The position numbers and the translations under genes are program-made. From IMG/VR virus record IMGVR_UViG_3300023215_003041: a DNA stretch of 64,000 nt, one strand, 5' to 3'. A model generated the notes under the pieces. The model searched no databases and was not told the origin of the DNA. It was given only the letters and a program-made list of their open reading frames with translations. This DNA comes from a virus. Below are positions 1 to 9,181 of this stretch, piece after piece. Each line of letters begins with the position of its first letter. The stretch's first letter is position 1.

Positions 1-53
1 TGTCTAAGGTACACCAGTGTTTTCCAATCAAGTAAGAGAATGGAGCAGGTAAG

Positions 54-257
54 TTATTTCCGGTAGTTGGGGTCATTTTTATCTCTCAGTAAAGGATGCT
101 GGGGGTTTATTTCCCTCAGCGCATTTTCTAACAAAAGCACCCGTTCTATCTGGCTACTAATCTGTGTGATAAGCCGAGACTTATCACACAGGGAGCCACA
201 ACAGAATTCAGCTTCGGGTGTGTGTTGAACAATAACCCCAGGAATATGCGAACTCAT
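54..257 (-). CDS. hypothetical protein (67 aa)
   Basis: ORF overlapping the DNA polymerase stop (ATGA-type coupling); no recognisable motif. Confidence 0.5.
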   Translation of the reverse strand: MSSHIPGVIVQHTPEAEFCCGSLCDKSRLITQISSQIERVLLLENALREINPQHPLLRDKNDPNYRK

Positions 258-3121
258 GCTGCGGCCTCAACAGGATCATGTCCCATCAAATAAGCAACAA
301 CATTGTGCCGATACTCCACAGGGAGTTTCTTTCCTTCCATTGACTTAGGGACATACCCTTCAAGAGAAGGTGCTTCGTCCAACTCTATCTGTCCATAAGG
401 CGCGGTATCTGGATGGTAAGGTTCGAGTGTACGGCCTACTGAAACCGTTCCATCAAGCTTAAGCCAATTCACAAGGTCAGGGTGGTTACACATCACCTCG
501 AGAATGCGTTTGCCAAAGTCAATAGCTTGATCCCAACGAACACTAAACACTAATTCATCGTGAATAGGCATCAAGATATCGGCATCCCATTGTGTATCAG
601 GGGCGTTTATTTCATGCCAAAGTGTCAACATACTGCGTTTGGCGAGTGTAGCACAACCCCCTTGTATTTTAGCGTTTACGGCTTGGTTGAAGGCCCGTCT
701 TTGGATACGCTTCGCGATAGCCGCACCGAAACTAGAGAGTGTCGGGTCGTTGTACGCATTCCACTTCGCGGTAAAATTATAATACCAATCGTCGGTACCT
801 TCATATTTATAACGTCGGTGGCCATCGAAGATATCCACGTAACCTTGATAGCGTATCTCTTGCTGGGTGTTTATTCTCCACTGTTCCGCTACAGGGAACG
901 TTTGACGGTAGTTGTCTGTACCCTCCCACATTTGGTCTGAGGTCCAATTCAATTTATCTTGAACTGTCATTAACGACCCTGAGTACCAGTAGCCGAAGTT
1001 GGAAGGTTTACCCGCAGAGCCCCGCCACCATTTCGCGGCTTCATAGGGTTTTAGCTCTACGTTTTTTACAGGGTCCGTGAACACTTTCGAGTACTGTATC
1101 TTAAAGACCTCTAAGTCCTCACCTTCCAAATTCTTAACCGAACTAAGCATTTCTGCCGTAAACTCAGGGTAGTAAACGCGAAGTGCCGAGGTTGCTGCCC
1201 CTAAATGCAAATCGTCATAAGGTATCTGGCCATACGCTTTTTGGAAGTTAGGATCTTTACTTAACTCACCAATCAACACCAATTCAACCTGGGACCAATC
1301 CACAGCGACAATTAAATGGTCGTCTCTGTGAGGTAGAAAGAACCCACGAATATAAGTGGACTCGCCCCGTTTACTCAACTGCATCGGGTTAGGGTTCTCA
1401 GCGGCCATACGACGAGTGTTTAGCCTAGAACTGATTATTGGGTACATTCTCCCCGTCTCAGGGTCCGTCAATAGCAGGTAGTTAGTAATATATAACTTCA
1501 TGCGTTGTTCGGTCTGGGCTAATGCGTTTATCGCTTTTATTACCCGCTGTGCGGTTTCAACGGGGTACTCTTTAGCACAGTTCTCCGCTAACTCCTGCAA
1601 AACTTCTATAGGCAACTCGGTGAGTTGACCATAACGTTTCCACTCCTTGATCCACAACGCCGGTTCTGACCCTAATCGCTCCGCTAACTCCAGTAACTTA
1701 CCTCGAGCCTCCGCGTCGGTTTTAATATCACCTTTGATATAAACGAAAGGCAGCATCAATAAATCATGGAACAAGGTTCGCATCACCATGTAATGGGAGA
1801 AGTTCCCCCGCAAGTCGAGTTCCTTCTTCTTTAGCTTGAACTTTTCTTCTTCCATCCAAGGCAGCGACACCGGCCCCGCCGTAAGTGTGGCGAAATCGAA
1901 GTCCTCGACCGGCGCATCATAATGATCTAAGGCGTCGATATACTCAGCATACCCGTTCTTTAGAAACAAAATCTTGTCACGGTAGCGCTGATACGAAATC
2001 CCTTCTTTACCCACATACCATTTTGGTTGCTTCTGGTAGAGTCGGGGACTAGGGTCGTTAGAGAATTCAAGCTCTTGAAGAAGCTCACCCAGTTCTTTGA
2101 TACCCTCCACATAGTTTTTCCGCTCAACTTCCCGTCGGCTTAGAATGGCTTCTGTATTTACCCGCCAACCTTTTACCCAGCAATCCGAATAGATATAACA
2201 CATCGGGTTCTCTTGCTCGAAGAAGGTACGGATAACGGCGGGGTTCGTGTTCTGCATAAACTGACACAACCAATCATAAACCCGTACACACCAATAAGCA
2301 TCGTCGGCGCCATAGTGAAGAACTTCCTCGCCGGTTAACTGACCCATGTGTGCTCGGCCTAACAGCGCGTCTTTAAATGTCGTTTGTTTGTACCCGAAGA
2401 TACGCTCGGTTATCTGCTTAAGGTTGTACCCGTAGTTCAAAGACTTCACAAACCCGTTATAACTATGGTCGGCTTTTGACTCTTTACCCAAGACCTTTTG
2501 TATTAATTCCTGCTGGGCGGTGTCTAATTGCCTAAAGTCATTTACCCCCGCAAAGGTTCTGCGAATCTCAGGGATAAGCTTTTTTATCCCCATCAAATCC
2601 GATTGCCTGAACAAGTTAATGTCGTACTGGTCGGAATTGTACGCAGATACCGCCATTTGAAGGGTATCTACATAGTTCCAACCCAAGTCAATCCCCAGGC
2701 TCTTAAGACACATCGTTCTTTCAAACGGATAGTTGTGAATTATTTTAAGCGGGTTATCTGCAAGGAACTGAATAAAGTCCCTTGCTAACTCTGGTGCTAA
2801 TCGGTTTTCTTCGTCTGCATGGGCCATGTTGGCATAGTAGACGGTAGTCTCCCCTCGGATATACAACGAAAAGCCCGTGACGGTCGTTCTGTTAATATCA
2901 AAGACCAGTTTCTTAGGGTTCTTATAATCCTCGGCGTCTTTATTCAGTTTCATAAACTGATTCAATCCATCGTGCCGGTCCGCATCATGGGTTTCGATAT
3001 CGAAACCCACGGGTTGGTTCATCTGGTGAATTTTGGCTTTGATTTCCTCAAGAACGTGGGCGTTTCGAGCATCCACCAATTGCTCGACTAACCCCGTTCT
3101 CTCGTTAATTTGCGAGTACAT
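254..3121 (-). CDS. family A DNA polymerase with N-terminal 3'-5' exonuclease
   Basis: Exo motifs FDIET, HNYPFE, YGADDA; polymerase motif A VDWSQVE, motif B GKPSNFGYWY, motif C IHDELVF. Confidence 0.95.
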   Translation of the reverse strand: MYSQINERTGLVEQLVDARNAHVLEEIKAKIHQMNQPVGFDIETHDADRHDGLNQFMKLNKDAEDYKNPKKLVFDINRTTVTGFSLYIRGETTVYYANMAHADEENRLAPELARDFIQFLADNPLKIIHNYPFERTMCLKSLGIDLGWNYVDTLQMAVSAYNSDQYDINLFRQSDLMGIKKLIPEIRRTFAGVNDFRQLDTAQQELIQKVLGKESKADHSYNGFVKSLNYGYNLKQITERIFGYKQTTFKDALLGRAHMGQLTGEEVLHYGADDAYWCVRVYDWLCQFMQNTNPAVIRTFFEQENPMCYIYSDCWVKGWRVNTEAILSRREVERKNYVEGIKELGELLQELEFSNDPSPRLYQKQPKWYVGKEGISYQRYRDKILFLKNGYAEYIDALDHYDAPVEDFDFATLTAGPVSLPWMEEEKFKLKKKELDLRGNFSHYMVMRTLFHDLLMLPFVYIKGDIKTDAEARGKLLELAERLGSEPALWIKEWKRYGQLTELPIEVLQELAENCAKEYPVETAQRVIKAINALAQTEQRMKLYITNYLLLTDPETGRMYPIISSRLNTRRMAAENPNPMQLSKRGESTYIRGFFLPHRDDHLIVAVDWSQVELVLIGELSKDPNFQKAYGQIPYDDLHLGAATSALRVYYPEFTAEMLSSVKNLEGEDLEVFKIQYSKVFTDPVKNVELKPYEAAKWWRGSAGKPSNFGYWYSGSLMTVQDKLNWTSDQMWEGTDNYRQTFPVAEQWRINTQQEIRYQGYVDIFDGHRRYKYEGTDDWYYNFTAKWNAYNDPTLSSFGAAIAKRIQRRAFNQAVNAKIQGGCATLAKRSMLTLWHEINAPDTQWDADILMPIHDELVFSVRWDQAIDFGKRILEVMCNHPDLVNWLKLDGTVSVGRTLEPYHPDTAPYGQIELDEAPSLEGYVPKSMEGKKLPVEYRHNVVAYLMGHDPVEAAA

Positions 3122-3634
3122 TTACTCACCCTTTTTAGGCGGCAAAACGTAATCACCCTCTGCAAAGCTACCCGAGAGCTTAGTGACGGTAGGTGGTATT
3201 TTTTGGTTTGGCGGACCCACCGGTTTATCACGCGTCTCTACCTTAGATTCGGCGGCAGGTATCGGTTCATCAAATAGACGGGACAACTCCCCAAGTAGCC
3301 GCTGAATGCCGCCCTCGTTGCCCTTTACCGCGAGGTACGCGTCTTTCAACGGGAGTAGCCTTTCAGGGCTTATGTACCCCATCTTGTATAAGGCGTTCTT
3401 AACCCCTTCGTCTTGGAGAAAAACTATCCGCTTAGTGATTCCCGCAAACAGCGATTCTTGTTCAGGGGTAATGACTTGCTGTTCGATAATGTCTTTGTTG
3501 AACGAGGTTTTGACTCTAATGGCGTTACGGTAGTTATCCGACTCCGCTGCGGGTTTACATTCAGGCATCGAGGTGTCTGTACTCGCTTTAGGTAAAACTT
3601 CATCAACTTTTTGCATGGGTGGTACAAATGGCAT
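3122..3634 (-). CDS. hypothetical protein
   Basis: ORF; start moved to the ATG at 3634 that follows the conserved leader AGGAGATTGACG. Confidence 0.7.
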   Translation of the reverse strand: MPFVPPMQKVDEVLPKASTDTSMPECKPAAESDNYRNAIRVKTSFNKDIIEQQVITPEQESLFAGITKRIVFLQDEGVKNALYKMGYISPERLLPLKDAYLAVKGNEGGIQRLLGELSRLFDEPIPAAESKVETRDKPVGPPNQKIPPTVTKLSGSFAEGDYVLPPKKGE

Positions 3635-3645
3635 CGTCAATCTCC

Positions 3646-4761
3646 TTACATTAAAACTTCACGGTGACCATATGAGTTTAGGGCGCTAACTACACCTTCA
3701 TGCTCTAAAGCCTCTACTAACCTTGCTGCACGGCTGTAACCGATACGAAACTTACGTTGAAGGGTGGATACGTTGGCCTTACGCGTTTCAATTACAAAGG
3801 CTTTTGCTTCTTCGTAAAAAACGTCTTCGGGTTCGGGTTCGGGGTCGCAGGGTAGTTTAATTTCATGAGATAGCACTTCATCATCATCTAAATGAAAGGC
3901 TTCTTTTAGGCTCAGCGCTAAGGATAGAAGCCCATTAGCTCCGAGAAATATTTCTGACTCGAGACGGGCTTCCTGTTGGTCCTTAGGGATATCAGCGCTT
4001 TCTTCAATCAAGCGGTCAGAATACTTAATACGCTTAACCGAGCCATCTTCAACAAGCACCGCGGTTAACTGTTCGTCATAACTAACAGCAAGTTTCTGAA
4101 CGAGCTTGCCTGAGTCTAAACACAATTGAATTTCTTCTGAGTTTAGTTCCTGGTTCTTGGCTCTGATAACCGCCTTGGTTTCATCTGTGGCTTGAAGCTC
4201 AGTTTCTTCGAGTAATTCAAATTGGGTCGGGTGTCCATTCACAAGCCAGCTTGTTAGGTCTGAGGCTAGAGAGCGTCTTGCGAATGGGACAATAGGTAAA
4301 CTGCCTAAGGCTTTACGCAGCACGGCAAGAAAGATTTCAGCTTCACCATCACTCGACGCGTTTACGATTATTAGCTTGTGGCTCGGGATAATTGTTCCCA
4401 TTGTTGCAGTCTGGTCGGTAAAGGCTCGAGGTAAGAGCTGCGAGACAACTTGTTCTTTTAGGTCTGCCCGAGCTTTCTTACCTAACGGTGCGCCGGTTTC
4501 AGCTTCAAGTATCTTGGCACGGACTTCTACTTCACGGGCCACAACCCGCGCTGGGATTATCTTACTTTCTTTAAGTAGCTTGACCGTATAGAAGCCATTA
4601 ACCTCGTGGACCAACAACGAACCAATAACGGGAGAGAAACCTAAGGTCGCCATCGTGTGATCACCGCAAGGGTGGAAAGGGATATTTTCTAGGGCCTGGG
4701 TTAAGCCTGAGAAATCTACGTGCTTGGTTAGTAAATAAAATTTTGCGTTTTTAAAATACAT
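3646..4761 (-). CDS. rdgC: recombination-associated protein RdgC with C-terminal FtsK-gamma-like winged helix
   Basis: RdgC-type N-terminus (YFKNAKFY, FHPCG, TLGF, KIIPARVV, QLLPRAF, VQKLA); C-terminal YEEAKAFVIETRKANVSTLQRKFRIGYSRAARLVEALE resembles FtsK gamma; leader before ATG 4761. Confidence 0.9.
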   Translation of the reverse strand: MYFKNAKFYLLTKHVDFSGLTQALENIPFHPCGDHTMATLGFSPVIGSLLVHEVNGFYTVKLLKESKIIPARVVAREVEVRAKILEAETGAPLGKKARADLKEQVVSQLLPRAFTDQTATMGTIIPSHKLIIVNASSDGEAEIFLAVLRKALGSLPIVPFARRSLASDLTSWLVNGHPTQFELLEETELQATDETKAVIRAKNQELNSEEIQLCLDSGKLVQKLAVSYDEQLTAVLVEDGSVKRIKYSDRLIEESADIPKDQQEARLESEIFLGANGLLSLALSLKEAFHLDDDEVLSHEIKLPCDPEPEPEDVFYEEAKAFVIETRKANVSTLQRKFRIGYSRAARLVEALEHEGVVSALNSYGHREVLM

Positions 4762-4801
4762 CGTCAATTTCCTAGTTGTTTAGTTAGTTTCTTTGTAAAG
4801 A

Positions 4802-5014
4802 TTATTTCTTTTGTTTCGGGTTTTTTGCTCTAATATCACGAACCACAACATAAGCTAAGATGGCGGTATCTAGGACTGCGCCAATCGCCAGCCCTAGAAC
4901 TAAAGACTTCTCAAAGCCTAAATCCGTATAAAATTGAAGTGGGATAATCAAAGCTCCCGCCGTTAAGTACACCACTAAAACCATCGATAAAAGCTCTAAG
5001 ATTATATTTTTCAC
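4802..5014 (-). CDS. small membrane protein (two hydrophobic segments)
   Basis: 70-aa ORF with two hydrophobic stretches and a basic C-terminus. Confidence 0.6.
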   Translation of the reverse strand: MKNIILELLSMVLVVYLTAGALIIPLQFYTDLGFEKSLVLGLAIGAVLDTAILAYVVVRDIRAKNPKQKK

Positions 5015-5505
5015 TTTTCTTGCTCCTTACGTAGTTGTTCTATTTCCTCGTCTATACGGGTTTTCATGCAAAACTCAGGGTATTGCCTGTTGTATGTGAG
5101 AGGTGCAGAAAGCTTGTCAAGAACCTCAATCTTCTTCTCTATGGCGAATTTGTTTACATATTTATGGAATTCGTCACCACCACAGAAAAGCGTAAATAAA
5201 TCACTAAGCAAGTCCGTATACTCTTTTGAGTTGACTTCCATTTCATCTAAATCAAGAAACATGTTTCTAGCTACATCTATAAACTCTTTAAATTCCTTAA
5301 CATTAAGCTGTAACCTAGCAATACGCTTATTAGCCTTTGCTAAATCCTCTTTTACACACAAAAGGTCTTCGTGCAAGTTGTATGCTACTGAGCTGCTATC
5401 GCTTTCTGCTAAATTTTGAATTTCTTCGTTTGTTTTACCGTCTGACCACAAAGTCATTTTTTCCTGATCCTTGCCGTACGTTTTATCTACTTTAAAAACA
5501 ATCAC
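5011..5505 (-). CDS. hypothetical protein (coiled coil; C-terminus shared with neighbour)
   Basis: C-terminal NKFAIEKK..LRKEQ shared with 5502..5855. Confidence 0.65.
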   Translation of the reverse strand: MIVFKVDKTYGKDQEKMTLWSDGKTNEEIQNLAESDSSSVAYNLHEDLLCVKEDLAKANKRIARLQLNVKEFKEFIDVARNMFLDLDEMEVNSKEYTDLLSDLFTLFCGGDEFHKYVNKFAIEKKIEVLDKLSAPLTYNRQYPEFCMKTRIDEEIEQLRKEQEK

Positions 5506-5855
5506 TTTTTTTGCTCCTTGCGTAGTTGTTCGGCATACAGATTCATTGCTATTGCCATATGCATATCTATCGAAGTATTGGAGCGAAGCCAGTCTAGCGC
5601 CTCAACCTTCTTCTCTATTGCGAATTTGTTTAGTGCATCGACTGAAGACCCTTCTACAAAAGATTCATAAATATCGTCCGCCAGATGACACCTTGCATAA
5701 AGCTCACCGTCTTCTTGCATATCCAAAAGCGGCTCAATTCGCTTTGTGAGTAATTGATGTTGAAACTCCAGTTCAGCAACACGCTGTTCTAATTTCTCGT
5801 ATTCTTCATAATCTACATACGAACCCTCAGGGCTTTCTTCTAAACCACGACACAT
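5502..5855 (-). CDS. hypothetical protein, mosaic of neighbouring paralogs
   Basis: N-terminus identical to an internal segment of 6036..6842 through the 144-bp duplication. Confidence 0.55.
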   Translation of the reverse strand: MCRGLEESPEGSYVDYEEYEKLEQRVAELEFQHQLLTKRIEPLLDMQEDGELYARCHLADDIYESFVEGSSVDALNKFAIEKKVEALDWLRSNTSIDMHMAIAMNLYAEQLRKEQKK

Positions 5856-6413
5856 AGGGCTTCTATGGCAGATGCACTCTTGAGAGTGATTAGGATCGTA
5901 CTTTTCTTCATAGCGAATTACCTTCGGTCTGCTCTTGTTCAGACATCGTACCCCACTGCTCTTTGGTTACGTCTAAATCGGTACTACAAGTTGAACCCTC
6001 AGCATTTGTGCTAACAAAGAAGTGCATTGTTTTCATCACTCTTGCCCCTTGCGTAGTTGTTTTACTTTATGTTTAAGCTCCGCTACTTCTCTTACAAGCT
6101 TGTTGTTCCTATCGATAACAGACACGTTTTGACGCATACGAACGTGAGCTCTTTCGCATAAGCCATGTATCTCTGTGTTATCGGTTAAAAGTTTAACTCG
6201 AATAAACTCATCGAGTAGAAGATCGTTCTGGTCAGTTGATAAAGTAAGTTCTTTTTCCAACTCCGCACAACGCTGTTCTAATTTCTCGTATTCTTCATAA
6301 TCTACATACGAACCCTCAGGGCTTTCTTCTAAACCACGACACATAGGGCTTCTATGGCAGATGCACTCTTGAGAGTGATTAGGATCGTACTTTTCTTCAT
6401 AGCGAATTACCTT
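5781..6413. repeat. exact 144-bp direct repeat (5781-5924 and 6270-6413)
   Basis: Identical sequence ACGCTGTTCTAATTTCTCG...GCGAATTACCTT read at both positions. Confidence 0.95.
5908..6036 (-). CDS. small ORF (42 aa), possibly truncated by the duplication
   Basis: ATG overlaps the upstream TGA (TGATG); MKTMHFFVSTNAEGSTCSTDLDVTKEQWGTMSEQEQTEGNSL; stop lies inside the duplicated segment. Confidence 0.4.
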   Translation of the reverse strand: MKTMHFFVSTNAEGSTCSTDLDVTKEQWGTMSEQEQTEGNSL

Positions 6414-6842
6414 AATGTCGTGTGACTCATCAAGAGCGACACGGTAGCATCGTGTGAGTTCTTCAATACAAGCGTTAACCCCCTCATCATGTTTCTCTAA
6501 GGCGAATTTATTTTTATCTGACAAGTAGCTATCCAAGTTACTTAGAGTCCATTCCAACTCCTTCACTCGTTGCGTGAGCGCTTTATGAGAGTCAATAAAC
6601 GCCCCTACAAAACTCTGCCCTAAGGAGCCGATTTTTTCTTTGTCACAGTATTCCGTCATAGGGAGAAAAACTTGAACCCATTCGTCTTTAACTCGAGTAC
6701 TGTCCTGGACCTTGGCTTGTTGTTTTTTCAGGATTTCTATAGCCTTGTCCGCGGGTATTACAAAATCGTTCTCCCCCCATGCGATAGAATTTACTGGTAT
6801 AGCCGCTGCGTTTAATTCGAAATCTAATTCTTTTTCAGTCAT
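6036..6842 (-). CDS. hypothetical protein (coiled coil)
   Basis: 268-aa ORF with overlapping stop/start coupling. Confidence 0.7.
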   Translation of the reverse strand: MTEKELDFELNAAAIPVNSIAWGENDFVIPADKAIEILKKQQAKVQDSTRVKDEWVQVFLPMTEYCDKEKIGSLGQSFVGAFIDSHKALTQRVKELEWTLSNLDSYLSDKNKFALEKHDEGVNACIEELTRCYRVALDESHDIKVIRYEEKYDPNHSQECICHRSPMCRGLEESPEGSYVDYEEYEKLEQRCAELEKELTLSTDQNDLLLDEFIRVKLLTDNTEIHGLCERAHVRMRQNVSVIDRNNKLVREVAELKHKVKQLRKGQE

Positions 6843-7194
6843 TATCTTTTACCTTGGTAAGAACAACATCCCAGTCGTCAACCATTCCTGATTCATAATC
6901 CCGACTAATGTTCGTGGCTGTTAATTCATAAACCCCATCAGGCACTTCAAGAAAATTAATGGGGAGTTCTTCTGAGATATCATCGATAATATCCCTGACC
7001 CCAAGTTCACTCTTTCTTTTCAAAACTCTAAAGGTTTTGGAAAAAGCGAACCCATGTTTAGTTTCATACATATAAGTGGCTACACGGCCAATACAACGTG
7101 CTATCGGCTTCGGGTTATTTAGCCTTTGGGTAATACCTAAAAAATTTATTGAACTCACGCTACTTTCTCCTTCTCTAGTTGGTCGCTCTCCCAC
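6835..7194 (-). CDS. hypothetical protein (start uncertain)
   Basis: ORF in operon context. Confidence 0.55.
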   Translation of the reverse strand: MGERPTREGESSVSSINFLGITQRLNNPKPIARCIGRVATYMYETKHGFAFSKTFRVLKRKSELGVRDIIDDISEELPINFLEVPDGVYELTATNISRDYESGMVDDWDVVLTKVKDND

Positions 7195-7673
7195 TTCGAG
7201 AGGTAATCAAAGGCCCCGAGTTGTTCGTATATTTTTCCAAGGGTCTCTAAATCTAAGTCCTCAGTCTCATCGATAACGGGAATCGCCACCCAGGCCATAG
7301 TGACTACATGGAGGGGATTCTGCTTTTCTTTAAAGGCGACATGGGCTTCGTTGAGATAGTCATTCAATCGCTTGTCGGACTGGCGGTATCTCGATTTGAA
7401 ATAGTGGGGCTCACTAACCACGTATTCTTTTCCTGTCGGATCACGACAGACTACAGAACATTCGTAGTACCAGTTGAAACACCCCTTAGCGACACTCTCA
7501 GCAACGTCCTGTGAGACGTTGATTTCTTTACAAGTCTTGTAATCAATCAAGGTGAAGTACTTCGACTCACCCAGCACCATAGCGATAGCAAAATTCTTAA
7601 TTTTCTCGCGTACTACAATCTCTTGATACTTACGAGGGTTGTACTTCTTATTCCGTTTGGCTTTCTTTTTCAT
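7155..7673 (-). CDS. hypothetical phage protein with basic N-terminus
   Basis: 172-aa ORF starting MKKKAKRNKKYNPRK. Confidence 0.7.
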   Translation of the reverse strand: MKKKAKRNKKYNPRKYQEIVVREKIKNFAIAMVLGESKYFTLIDYKTCKEINVSQDVAESVAKGCFNWYYECSVVCRDPTGKEYVVSEPHYFKSRYRQSDKRLNDYLNEAHVAFKEKQNPLHVVTMAWVAIPVIDETEDLDLETLGKIYEQLGAFDYLSKWESDQLEKEKVA

Positions 7674-8280
7674 CAGTCAATTTCCGTTCTTTTACCTTCT
7701 TACTTCTGCGTCTAGTAGGTTTATCCCAGTTAAGGCGCCCGACGTTCGAGTCCACAAGCAAAATTCCAGCGGGGTCCCAACAGAACCAGGCATACTCGCA
7801 GCTATCACCCCCGCCACCACTAAAATCGGGTCTTGGTACCGCGACAACAATTTTGTCTGGAGGATTATCGGCCCAGAACTGTTCTCTTTTCTTGGTCCCT
7901 AACGCGTTAATACGCATTAGGAAGCATACGAACCCATGAGACTCAGCCTCGCTTCGTGCTTTAGTGACGAAGGCCTCGAATAGAGAGAAAGGGGGGTTGG
8001 TTACGATAATATCGAACTTAATCGCACTAAGGTCTGTCTCTAGGTAATTCAAACCTTCCTGAATTTCGCAGTAATACTTTTCGAAGTCCTGCGGTACCAA
8101 ATCGTAGATATTTCGTTTAGTGCCACGACACGGCTCTAGGAACCGTGCGGGGCGATTGTCATAAGACGCAAAGTGTCTAAGTGCATCCCAGTCGATATGC
8201 TTGAATAAAGCCTCAACAAGCGGTCTTGGGGTGGGGTAATCTTCGAACTCAGCGACCTTTTTATTTGTACTGCTCATCAT
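7648..8280 (-). CDS. DNA amino (N6-adenine-type) methyltransferase
   Basis: Motif I-like FLEPCRG, motif IV DIIVTNPPF, N-terminal EDYPTP. Confidence 0.85.
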   Translation of the reverse strand: MMSSTNKKVAEFEDYPTPRPLVEALFKHIDWDALRHFASYDNRPARFLEPCRGTKRNIYDLVPQDFEKYYCEIQEGLNYLETDLSAIKFDIIVTNPPFSLFEAFVTKARSEAESHGFVCFLMRINALGTKKREQFWADNPPDKIVVAVPRPDFSGGGGDSCEYAWFCWDPAGILLVDSNVGRLNWDKPTRRRSKKVKERKLTDEKESQTE

Positions 8281-8315
8281 CGTTCCTCAAAGGCGGGGCA
8301 AAAAGCCCCTACTAA

Positions 8316-9116
8316 CTAACCAATCGGGATCGCAAGTTCGCGGAAGATTTCATTCGCGGCAGCGGTATTCCTAACCCCTTTAATGGCTCCAGCGTTGAGC
8401 TCACCTTGAGGGACATGGAAGAAACCGATAATGCGCCAGAACTTATTTAGTTCGTCTCGAGACTGGATAAGCCGTTCGGCCATTGCCTTGCTAAAGCCCA
8501 GTTTAGTTTGAGCTTGTTCAACGGTGAGGTCTGTTTCCAGTTCGATAAATTCCTCAAGCAAACATTTCTGAGCATCATTCAGTTTTAGATAGGTGCCGTG
8601 GCCAAACCGAGATAATCCGGCTATGGAGTCTGACTTATCGCCAACCAGTGTTTTGTAGAGACGCATATCATCGGGTTTTAAGTCTTTAAGCGTTTCACTT
8701 ATATAGTCCATCGTTACCGTGTCGCTAAGAAGTTGTCGGTAATCTTGGTCGTTACTATCAATGAAGATTTGCGTTTCAGGATCTTTCGTTCTAACCAACT
8801 CCGCTATCACATCATCCGCTTCACGACCCTCACAGCGAATTTGCAAACAGTTGGAATGGGTGAGTAGTTCACGGAACTTATCCATAAACAAATAGAATTC
8901 ATCCGTAGAATCAGACTTAGCCTTGTAGTCAGGGTGTATGTCTTGGCGAGGCTTCTTGGCACCCTCACCATCCCAGACCCAAATAAGGACCCCGTTTGGT
9001 GGGTTCTCTACACAGGCTTGAATATAGGCGTGTATGGCCCATGCTGGACCTTCACTTTCGAACTTACGGCGGAGCAGGTTATTACCGTCGCAAAGGTGTA
9101 GTTTTTTGGTTGTCAT
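8316..9116 (-). CDS. 5'-3' exonuclease / flap endonuclease (PolI N-terminal or T5 D15 family)
   Basis: LCDGNNLL, EADDVIA, SNDQDYRQL, LVGDKSDSIAG motifs. Confidence 0.9.
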   Translation of the reverse strand: MTTKKLHLCDGNNLLRRKFESEGPAWAIHAYIQACVENPPNGVLIWVWDGEGAKKPRQDIHPDYKAKSDSTDEFYLFMDKFRELLTHSNCLQIRCEGREADDVIAELVRTKDPETQIFIDSNDQDYRQLLSDTVTMDYISETLKDLKPDDMRLYKTLVGDKSDSIAGLSRFGHGTYLKLNDAQKCLLEEFIELETDLTVEQAQTKLGFSKAMAERLIQSRDELNKFWRIIGFFHVPQGELNAGAIKGVRNTAAANEIFRELAIPIG

Positions 9117-9136
9117 ATCGTCAATTTCCAGAGGTT

Positions 9137-9163
9137 AAAAAGGTCGGCTTTAGCCGACCTTTT
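9137..9163. terminator. bidirectional intrinsic terminator
   Basis: AAAAAGGTCGGCT-TT-AGCCGACCTTTT. Confidence 0.7.
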
Positions 9164-9181
9164 AGAGTTAATTACAAGGTT

